From NCBI GenBank assembly GCA_963666365.2, contig CAXXNF010000002.1:448001-512000 (forward strand): a stretch of 64,000 nt of DNA, written 5' to 3'. The stretch is from Syntrophales bacterium (GTDB taxonomy: Bacteria > Desulfobacterota > Syntrophia > Syntrophales > UBA2210). The notes beneath the pieces are model-generated. The model did no database searches. It was not told where the DNA came from and saw only the letters and a list, made by a program, of their open reading frames with translations. A program made the position numbers and the translations under genes. Below, in pieces: positions 49,506-59,449 of this stretch. Position 1 is the stretch's first letter; each line of letters opens with the position of its first letter.

Positions 49506-52500
49506 ATGTACGTGCAGGGTAAGATGCGGTATTTGACAGTGCTTGTGTGTATTTTTTCCATTTTTATTTTTGCCGGCACTTCCATGGCGCTGTCCGACCT
49601 TCACGGTCGGATCACTGACTCGAAAACGGGGTACGGCATAGAGGGCGCCCTGGTGGGCGTCGACGCCGATCCGGCGGACGGCGTCGACGAAAATGCCGTT
49701 TATACCGATATCTTCGGTTTTTACACACTGACCCAGGTGGAGAGCGGGACCTACGAATTGACTGCCTCCCATCCGGCTTACGAAAGTGGGCTCGTCCCCG
49801 ATCTCGCATTAGCTGACGCAGGCAGAGTGGAACAGTCCCTGGCCCTTACGCCGAAATATGTTGAGCCCACGTTTGATGTGTACCTGCAGGTCAACTGTGT
49901 GGTGACCAGTCTTGCGCTGAAGGATGTGCCGGTGGAAATGACCGTCACGCCGCTTAAACCCGGAATTTTCGGCGCACAGGTGACCCGAAGCGGAAAGACC
50001 GACAGCAATGGATTTCTGCATTTCAAGGGACTTCCGGCCGGTTTTTTCTCCTTTACGGTGAATAAGGGAACAGGCGCGATACCGGGATGGGGAGAATATC
50101 AGGGCAGTCCGATGGCTTCTTTGTCGGGTCCTCATACAGCAAATGTCGGACTGATGCCGGTGCTGGACTACATCGATGTACAGGTCTACGGGTTCGATCC
50201 GGTGACCGAAGAAGAAGGGGTGCTACTGGAAGGTATGTATGTTGAGGCCACCGGTGTGGACCCGAATCGGATCGATCATGATCTGCTGCCCACGCGCACG
50301 GGCGTTTCCGCCATCACCAAGGAAAATCCGGAAGGAACGCCTACTGAAAAAATCTGGAACAACAGCCGCAAAGGGAAGGTCCGGTTCACCGGGCTTCCCC
50401 CCATAGACTGGATGATCGACTGCAAGCGCCTCGGCTATGAACCAAAGAACCGCCACATCCGCACGGACGACCAGGCCCGGTTTTTCTATGATGATGCGGC
50501 CAAAAAGAGTATCCGCGTCGATATGGTCATGCTCGACACCCGTCTGAGCGTGGTCGTGGACTCCGATTACCGGGACCGGAAGATGCTGGGTGGAAAAATT
50601 ACCGTCAAGATCCAGGGTCTCAAAGACACCAACACGGCCGGCATCGAACGGGAGGGTACGGTGACCTATGACGCCGCGAAGGACCGTGCCGAGGTCGAAT
50701 TTGATCGGATTCTCCCCGGGACCTACCGGCTGACCGCCGAAGGTACAACGCAAAAGAAAATTGAAATCAGGGCCGGCAATTCCGAAACGGGAGAACGGAT
50801 AGAGAGCAAGTATTTTGACATTCGTTTTACCGCCGAGACCTATGTGGATGCGTTGCCTGATATTGACAGAGAAATCGACGTGCACCTGGATCCCTGTCCC
50901 ATGACCTTCCGGGGACAGCTGGTGCGCGTGGACGAAGAGGCGCAGAGTCTCTCCAGTTCGGACTATATTCATGTGCCGACTCAGGCGTCGGGCATTACCT
51001 TCCGGGTTTCGGAATATATGGCCGACATGATTCCTCAGGTCCACCGGGTGATCACTGTCGACTCGGACGAGAAGGGGGAATTCACCGTCAATCTGCTGCC
51101 CGGTCTGTACGGTATTGTGGTGCCGGGAATGGACGACTACTGGGGTGAGGCGGTGGAAACAGTGCCGGCCGACGGCGGTATGCGCGAATACGAAGGATGG
51201 CCCTACTACCAGATATGGCCCTTCAGTGCGGCGGCGGCACGGGATAATTTCCATTACAATGCGGGGGGGATCGCCGTCGGTTCCGACCAGGAACTGCGGG
51301 GCATGCTGTTCATCCGCAAAGATTGGGTTAATGTGGACTGCAATATCGTCATCGGCGACGACCCGACGGCAAATCAGGTGGTGGCCATCGACAAGTCCGA
51401 CGGACCCGGCAAGTATGTAAAGCAACTGATAAACTACTATGATGTGCTGGAAGACAACCCTTCACTGAGCCTCATCGGTCCCAGCGGTCAGACCTTTCCC
51501 GTGACGATGCGTCACGGGTCGCCCCATGTGCGTTTTGAGAAAGTGCTGCCCGGCAGCTATCGTGTGACGCTTACCCATCCGCGCTATGGGGTGAGCAGCC
51601 CGGTTTCTTTCGATTATTTTGATTTCAATGCACCGGGAGAACTGCCGGCCACGGCGCCACCCGCCTACACCATGGACAGCCCTCATCCCATGCTCCCCTT
51701 CGATCTGGAAGTTCCCATAGCGTATACAAGCCCCGGCAGCACCGAAATCAAAATCAACCAGTGGGTGCCGGAACAAACCGATCCCTACGTGCCCGGTCAC
51801 TACGTAGTCGTCAGTAGTGACGCCATGCCGTCATACCTGAAAGCAGGGTATGCCGGTGAACGCATATTCAATTATGGGGGGAAGGTGCCCGCCAGCGCCT
51901 ACACGGTCTGGCTCGACCTGAACCACTATTTTGACAGCGGCGAAAACCACTGGTACAAACTGGAAAGCGGCGGCGGCGACCTGGAAACCGAAATCTTTAT
52001 CCCGAGCCCGGATGGGATTCCCGGCCCAGATCCAACCGCCACGGCGGCGCCTCTGGATGTCGCCTACAGTCTGACCGTCGAAGCCCGGAATGTCAATGAT
52101 CCCGACGGTCCTGCCATTACCGGCGTTACTGTGCCCTTTGACGACGGAATCGTTCGTACATCGGGCAGTACCTATTCGGGCCTCACCGGTTCGATGGGCT
52201 ATGATAGAAATACCATTACCCATCCAAACTGGTCCTACGGGTATCTTGATACCCTTTCGGTGAGCACGGTGTCGGCCAACGCGCCAGCCGTTACCATTAC
52301 CATCTACATGAAAGAGGGCATGGCCATCCGCGGCGCCATCACCAATATAAATACGACAAGCGCCATTCCTGAGGCAAGCATCACTGTGACGAAACGCCAC
52401 GGAGGCGGCGCCATTTTCGGTCCTCCTTCCGGTGCGGACGGGAAATTTGAGTTTCCCTTTACCTGGGAAGGGAATCAAATCTACTATATCGAGGTCAACG

Positions 52501-55500
52501 CCAAGGGATATCAGACCTATCGAAGGCGGCTGAACCCCGACGATGCAACGCAGGATCAAAGTGATCCACGAACAAAGGAACATAATCTGGACATCACACT
52601 GATTCCGCTTGTGGGGCCGGAGATTGCCGACAGCGACGTACGCTTTGACCGCTGCGGGTCCTTTCTTCCCTCAGTAAGCCGGGCCGGGAATCAGAGCGCC
52701 TTCAACGCCCTCAGAGCTGACGAGCAGTTGACCCTTACATGGAATCTGGCCGCCACCCGAAAGCAGCACACCTACACACTGCCTCAATTCGACGATCCGG
52801 AAGGGAATACCCGCGGGGATGTTACCCTCGATCCCTGGGATGACATTGCCGAGGTGTGGCTGGTGGATCTACGCAGTTTTGCAAACAACGCCTATGACGA
52901 TGATGCGCAGGCTCTCACCGTGCCGTCGGCGAACGACCCCCACCTGATTCACGCCTGGCTGGCCAGGATCAGCAACGGTGATGAAACAGCGCCCAACGTG
53001 TTTCATCAGAAGATACTGCGTTTCAGCGCCGGCGCCGACGAGAATCAGAAGAGAGCGCAGGGAAAGGTGAAGTTGTGGAGACTTCCTCCCGATAAATTTG
53101 CGCCCACCTTTGTGGCCGTATCGCGCATGGGCGCGGTTACCGTCTACCCCTTTCACGAAAAGGAGGCTTACATAGGCAAGGAACTGACGGGGATGCGTCT
53201 GCCTCCATGGATGGGATTCCTGGCAAATGTCCTCGGCACAGTGGCCGGCACACAGGCGACGATTGCCCAGGTGGAACAGTTCATGCCAGAAGGAAGGTTT
53301 AAGGCATTACCCGCGTTTACCGCCAATATCGAACTGGTCGACGACTTCTATCTGGATTACCAGTACGCCATCGATGTAAACCTCAAGGAGGGCATGGACG
53401 GACCGGCCCAGAAGCTGGTGGGTCTGGCGCCCGGCATTATCGGACTTGATCTCACGGCAAAACTGGAGGCCGGCATGAACGGTCAGGAACGCAAATTCCA
53501 TATTGCCGTGGAGGGCGGTATTTCGCGCAATGAAGTCAATCGTGACGGATTTAAACCATCCTTCTTCAGGCATGTCGGTGTGGGCGTGGATCTCCACCCG
53601 GCGCCCTACGGTTCAATCGGCACCAAGGCGTCCCAAAGTCTCAGCGCAGAAAATATGCCCAACGATTTTCAGATTACCCATGAAGTGAGCGGTACCGTGG
53701 GGGCCAAGGTTTCAGTCAGTATCCTCAAGATCCTTCAGAAGATCCCCTATGTGGGGCCGGTGCTTCTGCTGGCGGAAAAGGCCCAGGCCATCAACAAGGC
53801 CGATGCCTATGTGCGGGGACTGATCGGTCTGACCTCGACCACCAACTGGCGTACAGTCTTTCCCCACGAGATCGAACACTACAGTGTCGTTAGCGCCGAG
53901 AAACGCCAGCTTCGGCGACATTTTCTCGGCGGCAACGAAAAAGGGGAAAACGAACCGGAAACAGAAAATCTAAAAACAAAATTTGACATCTGTTTCGGCT
54001 TCGGCGTGGGGCTTGAAGCCGCGGCCATCGGCAACCGCGTCGGCGCAAGCGGGGAAATCGCCCTGGCCGGTGAAAATTGCGGAAAGACCAAAGAACCGGC
54101 TCTGACCATAGAGACGAATCCCCTCGGCGACTGGCCCCCCATCCGCCGCATATCAGGCGACGTGAGGGCCACGCTCAACGCCTATCTCGATGCCTGGATC
54201 ACCACGATCGAGAAGGAGTATGTGTGGACGGCCATCACGTTCGATATCCCCATGGGTGAAAAAGAAGAGGCGGCCGCGCAGGGCGCACGGGCGCCCATGG
54301 CCCTTGAATACCCGAAAACCACCTTTACACTGACACCTATGCAGATCAAGGTGACCGAGGTGTGGCGGAACGAGTACCCGCCGGTCGATTTTGAGGGAGA
54401 ACGGCCCCAGGTGATTCGAGACTTTGTCCCCATGGGAGATTATGCTCTGTCATCGGGCGACGGTCAGATCATGCTTTATACTGATATGATCGCAGGGGAT
54501 ACTATGCTGTTAAAAGCTGCAGCGCGAAACGGCGGCGCCTGGGGGGATGTGCGCACGCTTACGCAGACCGAAGGCGCTATTGTTGATGCGGCGGCAGCCG
54601 CTGCAGGTGACGCCTGCATGGCCGTGTGGAGCGAAATTTCTTCAGGTGATGTCAACAATATCTACGCGCCGTCTACTATTCGCTATATTCTTCGAAACGC
54701 TTCAGGCGAATGGTCCGAGGCGGGCACCGTGGCTGCCCTGGACGGCCTCGGCATCGAATTGCGTCTTATTCCCCTGGGAAACACTATGGCACTGGTATAT
54801 CTGGAAACGGACGAGGGGCCCGGCGCGGACACCTTTGCGATTCAGGGAACGGTATGGGACGGGAGCGCCTGGAGTGCGCCGGTGGAAATTGCTTCCTACA
54901 GGGATATGATCGATTTCGATGCCGCCGGGTCGACGGATCTGTCGACTCAACCCGCCTGTATCGTCTATGCAGACCTTGAAGGAGTCCTGCATGCAATCGA
55001 CTGGCATGGTGCGGAAACCGCAACCGTGCCCTACGAACCGCTCTCCGAAGCGTCGGTTACGGCCGAGGATATCAGCCTGATTTTCGGAGGCGACAACTAT
55101 CATTATCTGGCCTATGCAGACAAAAACGGCGGCATCGGCCTTGCAACACGTTCACCGGGCACCGCATGGGCCGATCGGGGTATATGTTTTGCCGATATCG
55201 ATCCGGGGGATTTGAAGATCGCCTTCCTCGAGGAATCGACGGCGCCGATGCTTTTCTATGTCTGGACCGAAGGCGGCGGGGTGAGTTCGCTGCAGTACGG
55301 GTATTCCGATACGGACGGAACACTGCTTGTTCCTGCATCGGATCTTACCGGAAACACCGCAGGGAGCTATTTCGATATCGCACTTCTGCCGGAACGGGAG
55401 CAGCAGACTATAGTAATGGCACGATTCCGGAATAATGCGGTGGAAGAACTCCGTTCCTTTACAGTGTCCTATCCCGGCGGTCCGGTGTTCAGCGATATCG

Positions 55501-55853
55501 ACAAGGACGGTATGGAGGACCGCATGGAGTTGCTGGTGATTGACGCGGACACAGAGGACGACATCCATACGATTTACGATGTGGCTCCCGGAGACGATTT
55601 TGACGGTGACGGATACGGCAACGCGGAAGAGATCCGCGCCGGCACCGATCCTTCATGGGCCGGTGATCACCCCTGGTACGGGGACATACGACGTGACGGC
55701 GTGCTCGATCTGGCTGATGTGATAGTAGGACTCCAGCTACTGACGAGTACGCACGGGGCATACACGGACACTGTTGCCGACGTCAACCTGGACGGCTGTA
55801 TCGGACATTACGAAATACTCTATGTGCTCCGCGCACTTTCAAAAGCACAATGA
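49506..55853 (+). CDS. Giant secreted protein (2115 aa): carboxypeptidase-regulatory-like Ig repeats, TSP3-like Ca-binding loops, C-terminal dockerin-like module
   Basis: Signal peptide; GRITDSKTGYGIEGA.V...TD..G.Y......GTYELTASHPAY repeats; DIDKDGMED, DFDGDGYGNAEE.RAGTDP; GDIRRDGVLDLADV / ADVNLDGCIG. Confidence 0.85.
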   Translation: MYVQGKMRYLTVLVCIFSIFIFAGTSMALSDLHGRITDSKTGYGIEGALVGVDADPADGVDENAVYTDIFGFYTLTQVESGTYELTASHPAYESGLVPDLALADAGRVEQSLALTPKYVEPTFDVYLQVNCVVTSLALKDVPVEMTVTPLKPGIFGAQVTRSGKTDSNGFLHFKGLPAGFFSFTVNKGTGAIPGWGEYQGSPMASLSGPHTANVGLMPVLDYIDVQVYGFDPVTEEEGVLLEGMYVEATGVDPNRIDHDLLPTRTGVSAITKENPEGTPTEKIWNNSRKGKVRFTGLPPIDWMIDCKRLGYEPKNRHIRTDDQARFFYDDAAKKSIRVDMVMLDTRLSVVVDSDYRDRKMLGGKITVKIQGLKDTNTAGIEREGTVTYDAAKDRAEVEFDRILPGTYRLTAEGTTQKKIEIRAGNSETGERIESKYFDIRFTAETYVDALPDIDREIDVHLDPCPMTFRGQLVRVDEEAQSLSSSDYIHVPTQASGITFRVSEYMADMIPQVHRVITVDSDEKGEFTVNLLPGLYGIVVPGMDDYWGEAVETVPADGGMREYEGWPYYQIWPFSAAAARDNFHYNAGGIAVGSDQELRGMLFIRKDWVNVDCNIVIGDDPTANQVVAIDKSDGPGKYVKQLINYYDVLEDNPSLSLIGPSGQTFPVTMRHGSPHVRFEKVLPGSYRVTLTHPRYGVSSPVSFDYFDFNAPGELPATAPPAYTMDSPHPMLPFDLEVPIAYTSPGSTEIKINQWVPEQTDPYVPGHYVVVSSDAMPSYLKAGYAGERIFNYGGKVPASAYTVWLDLNHYFDSGENHWYKLESGGGDLETEIFIPSPDGIPGPDPTATAAPLDVAYSLTVEARNVNDPDGPAITGVTVPFDDGIVRTSGSTYSGLTGSMGYDRNTITHPNWSYGYLDTLSVSTVSANAPAVTITIYMKEGMAIRGAITNINTTSAIPEASITVTKRHGGGAIFGPPSGADGKFEFPFTWEGNQIYYIEVNAKGYQTYRRRLNPDDATQDQSDPRTKEHNLDITLIPLVGPEIADSDVRFDRCGSFLPSVSRAGNQSAFNALRADEQLTLTWNLAATRKQHTYTLPQFDDPEGNTRGDVTLDPWDDIAEVWLVDLRSFANNAYDDDAQALTVPSANDPHLIHAWLARISNGDETAPNVFHQKILRFSAGADENQKRAQGKVKLWRLPPDKFAPTFVAVSRMGAVTVYPFHEKEAYIGKELTGMRLPPWMGFLANVLGTVAGTQATIAQVEQFMPEGRFKALPAFTANIELVDDFYLDYQYAIDVNLKEGMDGPAQKLVGLAPGIIGLDLTAKLEAGMNGQERKFHIAVEGGISRNEVNRDGFKPSFFRHVGVGVDLHPAPYGSIGTKASQSLSAENMPNDFQITHEVSGTVGAKVSVSILKILQKIPYVGPVLLLAEKAQAINKADAYVRGLIGLTSTTNWRTVFPHEIEHYSVVSAEKRQLRRHFLGGNEKGENEPETENLKTKFDICFGFGVGLEAAAIGNRVGASGEIALAGENCGKTKEPALTIETNPLGDWPPIRRISGDVRATLNAYLDAWITTIEKEYVWTAITFDIPMGEKEEAAAQGARAPMALEYPKTTFTLTPMQIKVTEVWRNEYPPVDFEGERPQVIRDFVPMGDYALSSGDGQIMLYTDMIAGDTMLLKAAARNGGAWGDVRTLTQTEGAIVDAAAAAAGDACMAVWSEISSGDVNNIYAPSTIRYILRNASGEWSEAGTVAALDGLGIELRLIPLGNTMALVYLETDEGPGADTFAIQGTVWDGSAWSAPVEIASYRDMIDFDAAGSTDLSTQPACIVYADLEGVLHAIDWHGAETATVPYEPLSEASVTAEDISLIFGGDNYHYLAYADKNGGIGLATRSPGTAWADRGICFADIDPGDLKIAFLEESTAPMLFYVWTEGGGVSSLQYGYSDTDGTLLVPASDLTGNTAGSYFDIALLPEREQQTIVMARFRNNAVEELRSFTVSYPGGPVFSDIDKDGMEDRMELLVIDADTEDDIHTIYDVAPGDDFDGDGYGNAEEIRAGTDPSWAGDHPWYGDIRRDGVLDLADVIVGLQLLTSTHGAYTDTVADVNLDGCIGHYEILYVLRALSKAQ

Positions 55854-55862
55854 TTGAATGTG

Positions 55863-57986
55863 CTATTGATACACTACAGTCAGCCACGCAATGGGAATGT
55901 CGGAAACTTTTTCGACAGTGTGGCCGAGAAGGTCGTTCTGATAGATGATGTAGTACGCCTCCGACCTCGAGGTGTCGCGTGAGTAATAGGAGTAGGGACC
56001 TCCCCCGTATATGCCTGCATTCGCATACACGAAAAACTCCAGGTAAAGCGATCCTTCTGAGGCATTAATCCAGGGTGTTGCGATTTCCACGAGATCCGAG
56101 GCAGTCAGATTGTCGTGGTAAGTCATTGCAATAAGATTGCCGCCGGTATCCAGCAAACGAAGGGAAACCTTTCCCGTGTCCGTGGTAACCGGAATGTGCA
56201 CGACGGTCGTAGAGCCCGAGATGACCGGATCAGGATCAAAATAAGGCTGTCCGGTGGCGTAGGGAACGCCGGGCAGTGGATTGTCTGGATTGACCGTTCC
56301 TTTGCAGATTCCACCCGTGCACAGATCGTTTTCCGTTACCGGGTCCCCGTCGTCACAGGGGGTGCCGTTTGCTACCGGAGAGCTTTGACATTGGCCTGTA
56401 TCCGGATTGCAGGAATCCTCTGTACAGGGGTTGCCGTCGTTGCATACTTTGGGTGTGCCCGTACACCTTCCGCTTGAGCATTTGTCGTTTATGGTACATG
56501 GGTTTCCATCATCACACGTTGCCCCCCATGCCTTGGGTCTGTGTACGCACTGATGACTTTTCAGGTCATAGGCATCCCAGGTGCAGGAATTGCCGTCTTC
56601 GCAATCGGGAATTGAATAGTCGGCATCGGAAAGGATAAAAAAATCCGAACCTCTTTCAGTTTCTATGTCCCCGAGCATGGAATCAAAGGCGATATCCAGG
56701 GCGCTGCAATCTCTTGTTACAGAGCCTGCTTTCATGATAACGCCTGTTTCGACCGAGACTATTCTCCAGGAAAACTCGCATTTGCAGGAGCAGTCACGGG
56801 GATCGCAGTAACTGTAAAAGCTTAAGAACAGCAGGTAATGGGCGCCACGGAAGTACCCTTCCGGTTCTACCAGCCGAAAATCGCTGTTTTGTATTCGCTG
56901 CCCGAGTTTCTGGTAACTTTCCAACACTTCAAGATCGCTTCCAAGACGGATGGTCGCTTTAACGTAGTTGCCGCATGGGGAGGGTTGCGGGGAGTCCTTT
57001 ATCTCTAAATGATCGGCGGTGAAGTTTACTCCCTGTGTGGCAAATGAAGCCTGCAATTCTGAAAGGATATCGACATCCGGGCAGGTGCAGCTTCCTGTAT
57101 GGACAGGCACTGCCTGCATTTCGTTCGCTATGCTCTGAAGAGTGCTTTCTGCCGGTGTTCGAACGCCGGCGCCGTCAGAGGTGAAAATTTTTACCGCATT
57201 GTTTTCACCGACAACAAAATCGGAGCCGGCTTCCGTGGTAACGTGAAGTAATATTCCCTTAGAAGGGTCCACATCGGCAAGTCCCTTTACCGCTCCATCG
57301 GAAATCCTTTTTATTCCATCTATGTACAGGGAATAGGTCGCTGAAAAATTATCGCCGTGGGGCGTGCCGGCGAGAAACGACGTCAGTGTGTTGTGCTGTA
57401 TGCCATAGCCCCACGCACTGTCCTGGGTATCAAACAAGAGTACCCGCACCGTATCTACAGGTTCCGGATTTCCTTCCGGTGGGGTATATGATCCTATAGC
57501 TACGCGCACATCGAATCCTTCGCTGTTAAAGTCAATGGCAGGCATTTTCAATGCCGGTCCCTCGTCTCCGTTGCGATAAAAGGTAAGATCCAGCTCCGGG
57601 AACGCGCTGTCGGCAAAAGCCGTTTCCGTTACGATACGTTCCAGATAGGCATCGATGTAAGGTTGGAGGGTTGCATGTAGCAGGGCAATCGTCGTAAGCA
57701 TGCAGAGGGCATCACTGGTGCTGACGACACCGTCGCCGTCGACATCGCCGACAGGCGCGACGGGCCCCCTATCGATGCCGGTCACAAGGCTGAGAACGAA
57801 AATGACATCGCTGAGGGTCAGCTTTTGATCCGCATTTATATCTCCCAGTATTTGCGCATTTTCCGACTGCACAGTTCTGGCGGTGGACATATCGTATTTG
57901 TTAAAAAGGGCCTCCGCGCCGGCCGTGGCAGGCAATGCAAGCAGCCACAAGGTTGCAAGTACAATGATAATGGTTCTCTTCATCAT
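55863..57986 (-). CDS. Secreted protein with N-terminal dockerin-like module and Cys-rich Dictyostelium-type repeats
   Basis: Signal peptide; GDINADQKLTLSDV / GDVDGDGVVSTSDAL; four C.DGN.CT.D-like repeats. Start set to ATG 57986 after RBS AAGGAGGT. Confidence 0.82.
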   Translation of the reverse strand: MMKRTIIIVLATLWLLALPATAGAEALFNKYDMSTARTVQSENAQILGDINADQKLTLSDVIFVLSLVTGIDRGPVAPVGDVDGDGVVSTSDALCMLTTIALLHATLQPYIDAYLERIVTETAFADSAFPELDLTFYRNGDEGPALKMPAIDFNSEGFDVRVAIGSYTPPEGNPEPVDTVRVLLFDTQDSAWGYGIQHNTLTSFLAGTPHGDNFSATYSLYIDGIKRISDGAVKGLADVDPSKGILLHVTTEAGSDFVVGENNAVKIFTSDGAGVRTPAESTLQSIANEMQAVPVHTGSCTCPDVDILSELQASFATQGVNFTADHLEIKDSPQPSPCGNYVKATIRLGSDLEVLESYQKLGQRIQNSDFRLVEPEGYFRGAHYLLFLSFYSYCDPRDCSCKCEFSWRIVSVETGVIMKAGSVTRDCSALDIAFDSMLGDIETERGSDFFILSDADYSIPDCEDGNSCTWDAYDLKSHQCVHRPKAWGATCDDGNPCTINDKCSSGRCTGTPKVCNDGNPCTEDSCNPDTGQCQSSPVANGTPCDDGDPVTENDLCTGGICKGTVNPDNPLPGVPYATGQPYFDPDPVISGSTTVVHIPVTTDTGKVSLRLLDTGGNLIAMTYHDNLTASDLVEIATPWINASEGSLYLEFFVYANAGIYGGGPYSYYSRDTSRSEAYYIIYQNDLLGHTVEKVSDIPIAWLTVVYQ

Positions 57987-58111
57987 CGCTGTCACCTCCT
58001 TTAGCAGGGATATTTCCCTGTGTGTGAAAAACCTTGAGAGCGTTGAAAACGTTTTGATAGAGAGAATTCAAAAGTTTATAACGATCCTGTCACTTAGATA
58101 GGGAAGTGTTC

Positions 58112-59449
58112 CTATCGCATGGACCGTGCAACTTCTTCCTGCAGCGCGATCAACGAATTCGAGATGAAGACAGGGTAGGGGGGCGTCGTGTCCAGTGCCC
58201 GAAGATGTTCCGGTAGAGCGTGTAGCTGTGATCGAACGTACGCTCGTAGTTCCTCCAGCTTTCGGGGGGAAGCTGTGCGGCGGCCGCCGCTCATGACCTT
58301 GAAAATAAGCGGTGTTCCCCGGGACGTTTCGTTTTCCCGCGTCAGCAAGTCTTGTACCATGATTCCGTCGGCAATTTCCCGGAATATCTGTTTTCGACCC
58401 GGAATGGTGGCTTTCCCCGACGATTTTTTCATGCGCGGTGTTCCCGCATATTCCATCATTTTATAGGCGCACTCAAGATAGGGTGCGTCTTCCGACGTGT
58501 CGAGCTTGGTGCCAACACCAAAACCATTGATCGGCGCTCCTCGGGACAAAAGATCTCTGATGCCATATTCATCGAGATTGCCACTGACAAAAATTTTAAC
58601 ATCGGCACACCCGTTTTGATCAAGGATATGACGCACTTCCCTGGATTGAGCGCAGAGGTCTCCGCTGTCGATGCGGACGGCATTCACTGCAATGCCCTTC
58701 TCTGCCAGTATTCTCGACGCTTTCACGGCGGTTGCAGCGCCCCTGGCTACGTCATAGGTGTCGATCAGAAGCGTGGTGTTGGTGGGATTGGCCTCTGAAA
58801 AATTGAGAAAGGCGTCGAGTTCGCTGTCGTGCGCTTCAATATAGGAATGGGCCATGGTGCCGACGATGGGAATGCCGAATGCGGGTTCTGCGAGAACTGT
58901 TGCCGTGCCTCCAAATCCCGCTATATAGCTGGCCCGCGCTGCCAGAAGTCCCGCTTCGGCGCCGTGCGCCCGTCTCAGCCCGAAATCGACCAACACGGGC
59001 CTGTCGGCAGCGGCAAGTACGGCGCGGGCCGCTTTGCTTGCAATAATGGTTTCAAAGTGCAGGATATTGATCAGTCGGCTTTCGATCAGTTGTGCTTCAG
59101 GGAGGGGGGCAACCACGCGCAGCACCGGCTCGTTTTCAAAAAAGACCGTTCCCTCGTCCAGGGCATGGATGTCGCCGCTGAAACGGAAATGCGCCAGATA
59201 GTCGAGAAGCTTTTTCGAAAATCTTCCTGTTCCTGCAAGGTAGCGCAATTCCTCTTCCGTGAAGTGCAATTGGTCCAGAAAAGAAAGAAGCGTTTCAAGA
59301 CCGGCGGCAAGAAGAAATCCGCGGTGTGGAGGAAGACTGCGCACATAAAACTCAAAGACCGCCGTTTCATGCATGTCCCGTGAGATGTATCCTTCCAGCA
59401 TTGTCAACTGGTAAAGGTCGGTCAGAAGGGGGCTCAGTAAAGGGTTCAT
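58112..59449 (-). CDS. pncB: Nicotinate phosphoribosyltransferase
   Basis: LLTDLYQLTM, DFGLRRAH, GTMAHS, LIDTYD, RIDSGD, GVGT. Confidence 0.95.
   Translation of the reverse strand: MNPLLSPLLTDLYQLTMLEGYISRDMHETAVFEFYVRSLPPHRGFLLAAGLETLLSFLDQLHFTEEELRYLAGTGRFSKKLLDYLAHFRFSGDIHALDEGTVFFENEPVLRVVAPLPEAQLIESRLINILHFETIIASKAARAVLAAADRPVLVDFGLRRAHGAEAGLLAARASYIAGFGGTATVLAEPAFGIPIVGTMAHSYIEAHDSELDAFLNFSEANPTNTTLLIDTYDVARGAATAVKASRILAEKGIAVNAVRIDSGDLCAQSREVRHILDQNGCADVKIFVSGNLDEYGIRDLLSRGAPINGFGVGTKLDTSEDAPYLECAYKMMEYAGTPRMKKSSGKATIPGRKQIFREIADGIMVQDLLTRENETSRGTPLIFKVMSGGRRTASPRKLEELRAYVRSQLHALPEHLRALDTTPPYPVFISNSLIALQEEVARSMR

Noticed and set aside
47129..57986. True cellulosome
   Set aside because: No recognisable glycoside hydrolase catalytic domains, CBM3 or tandem cohesins in the window.
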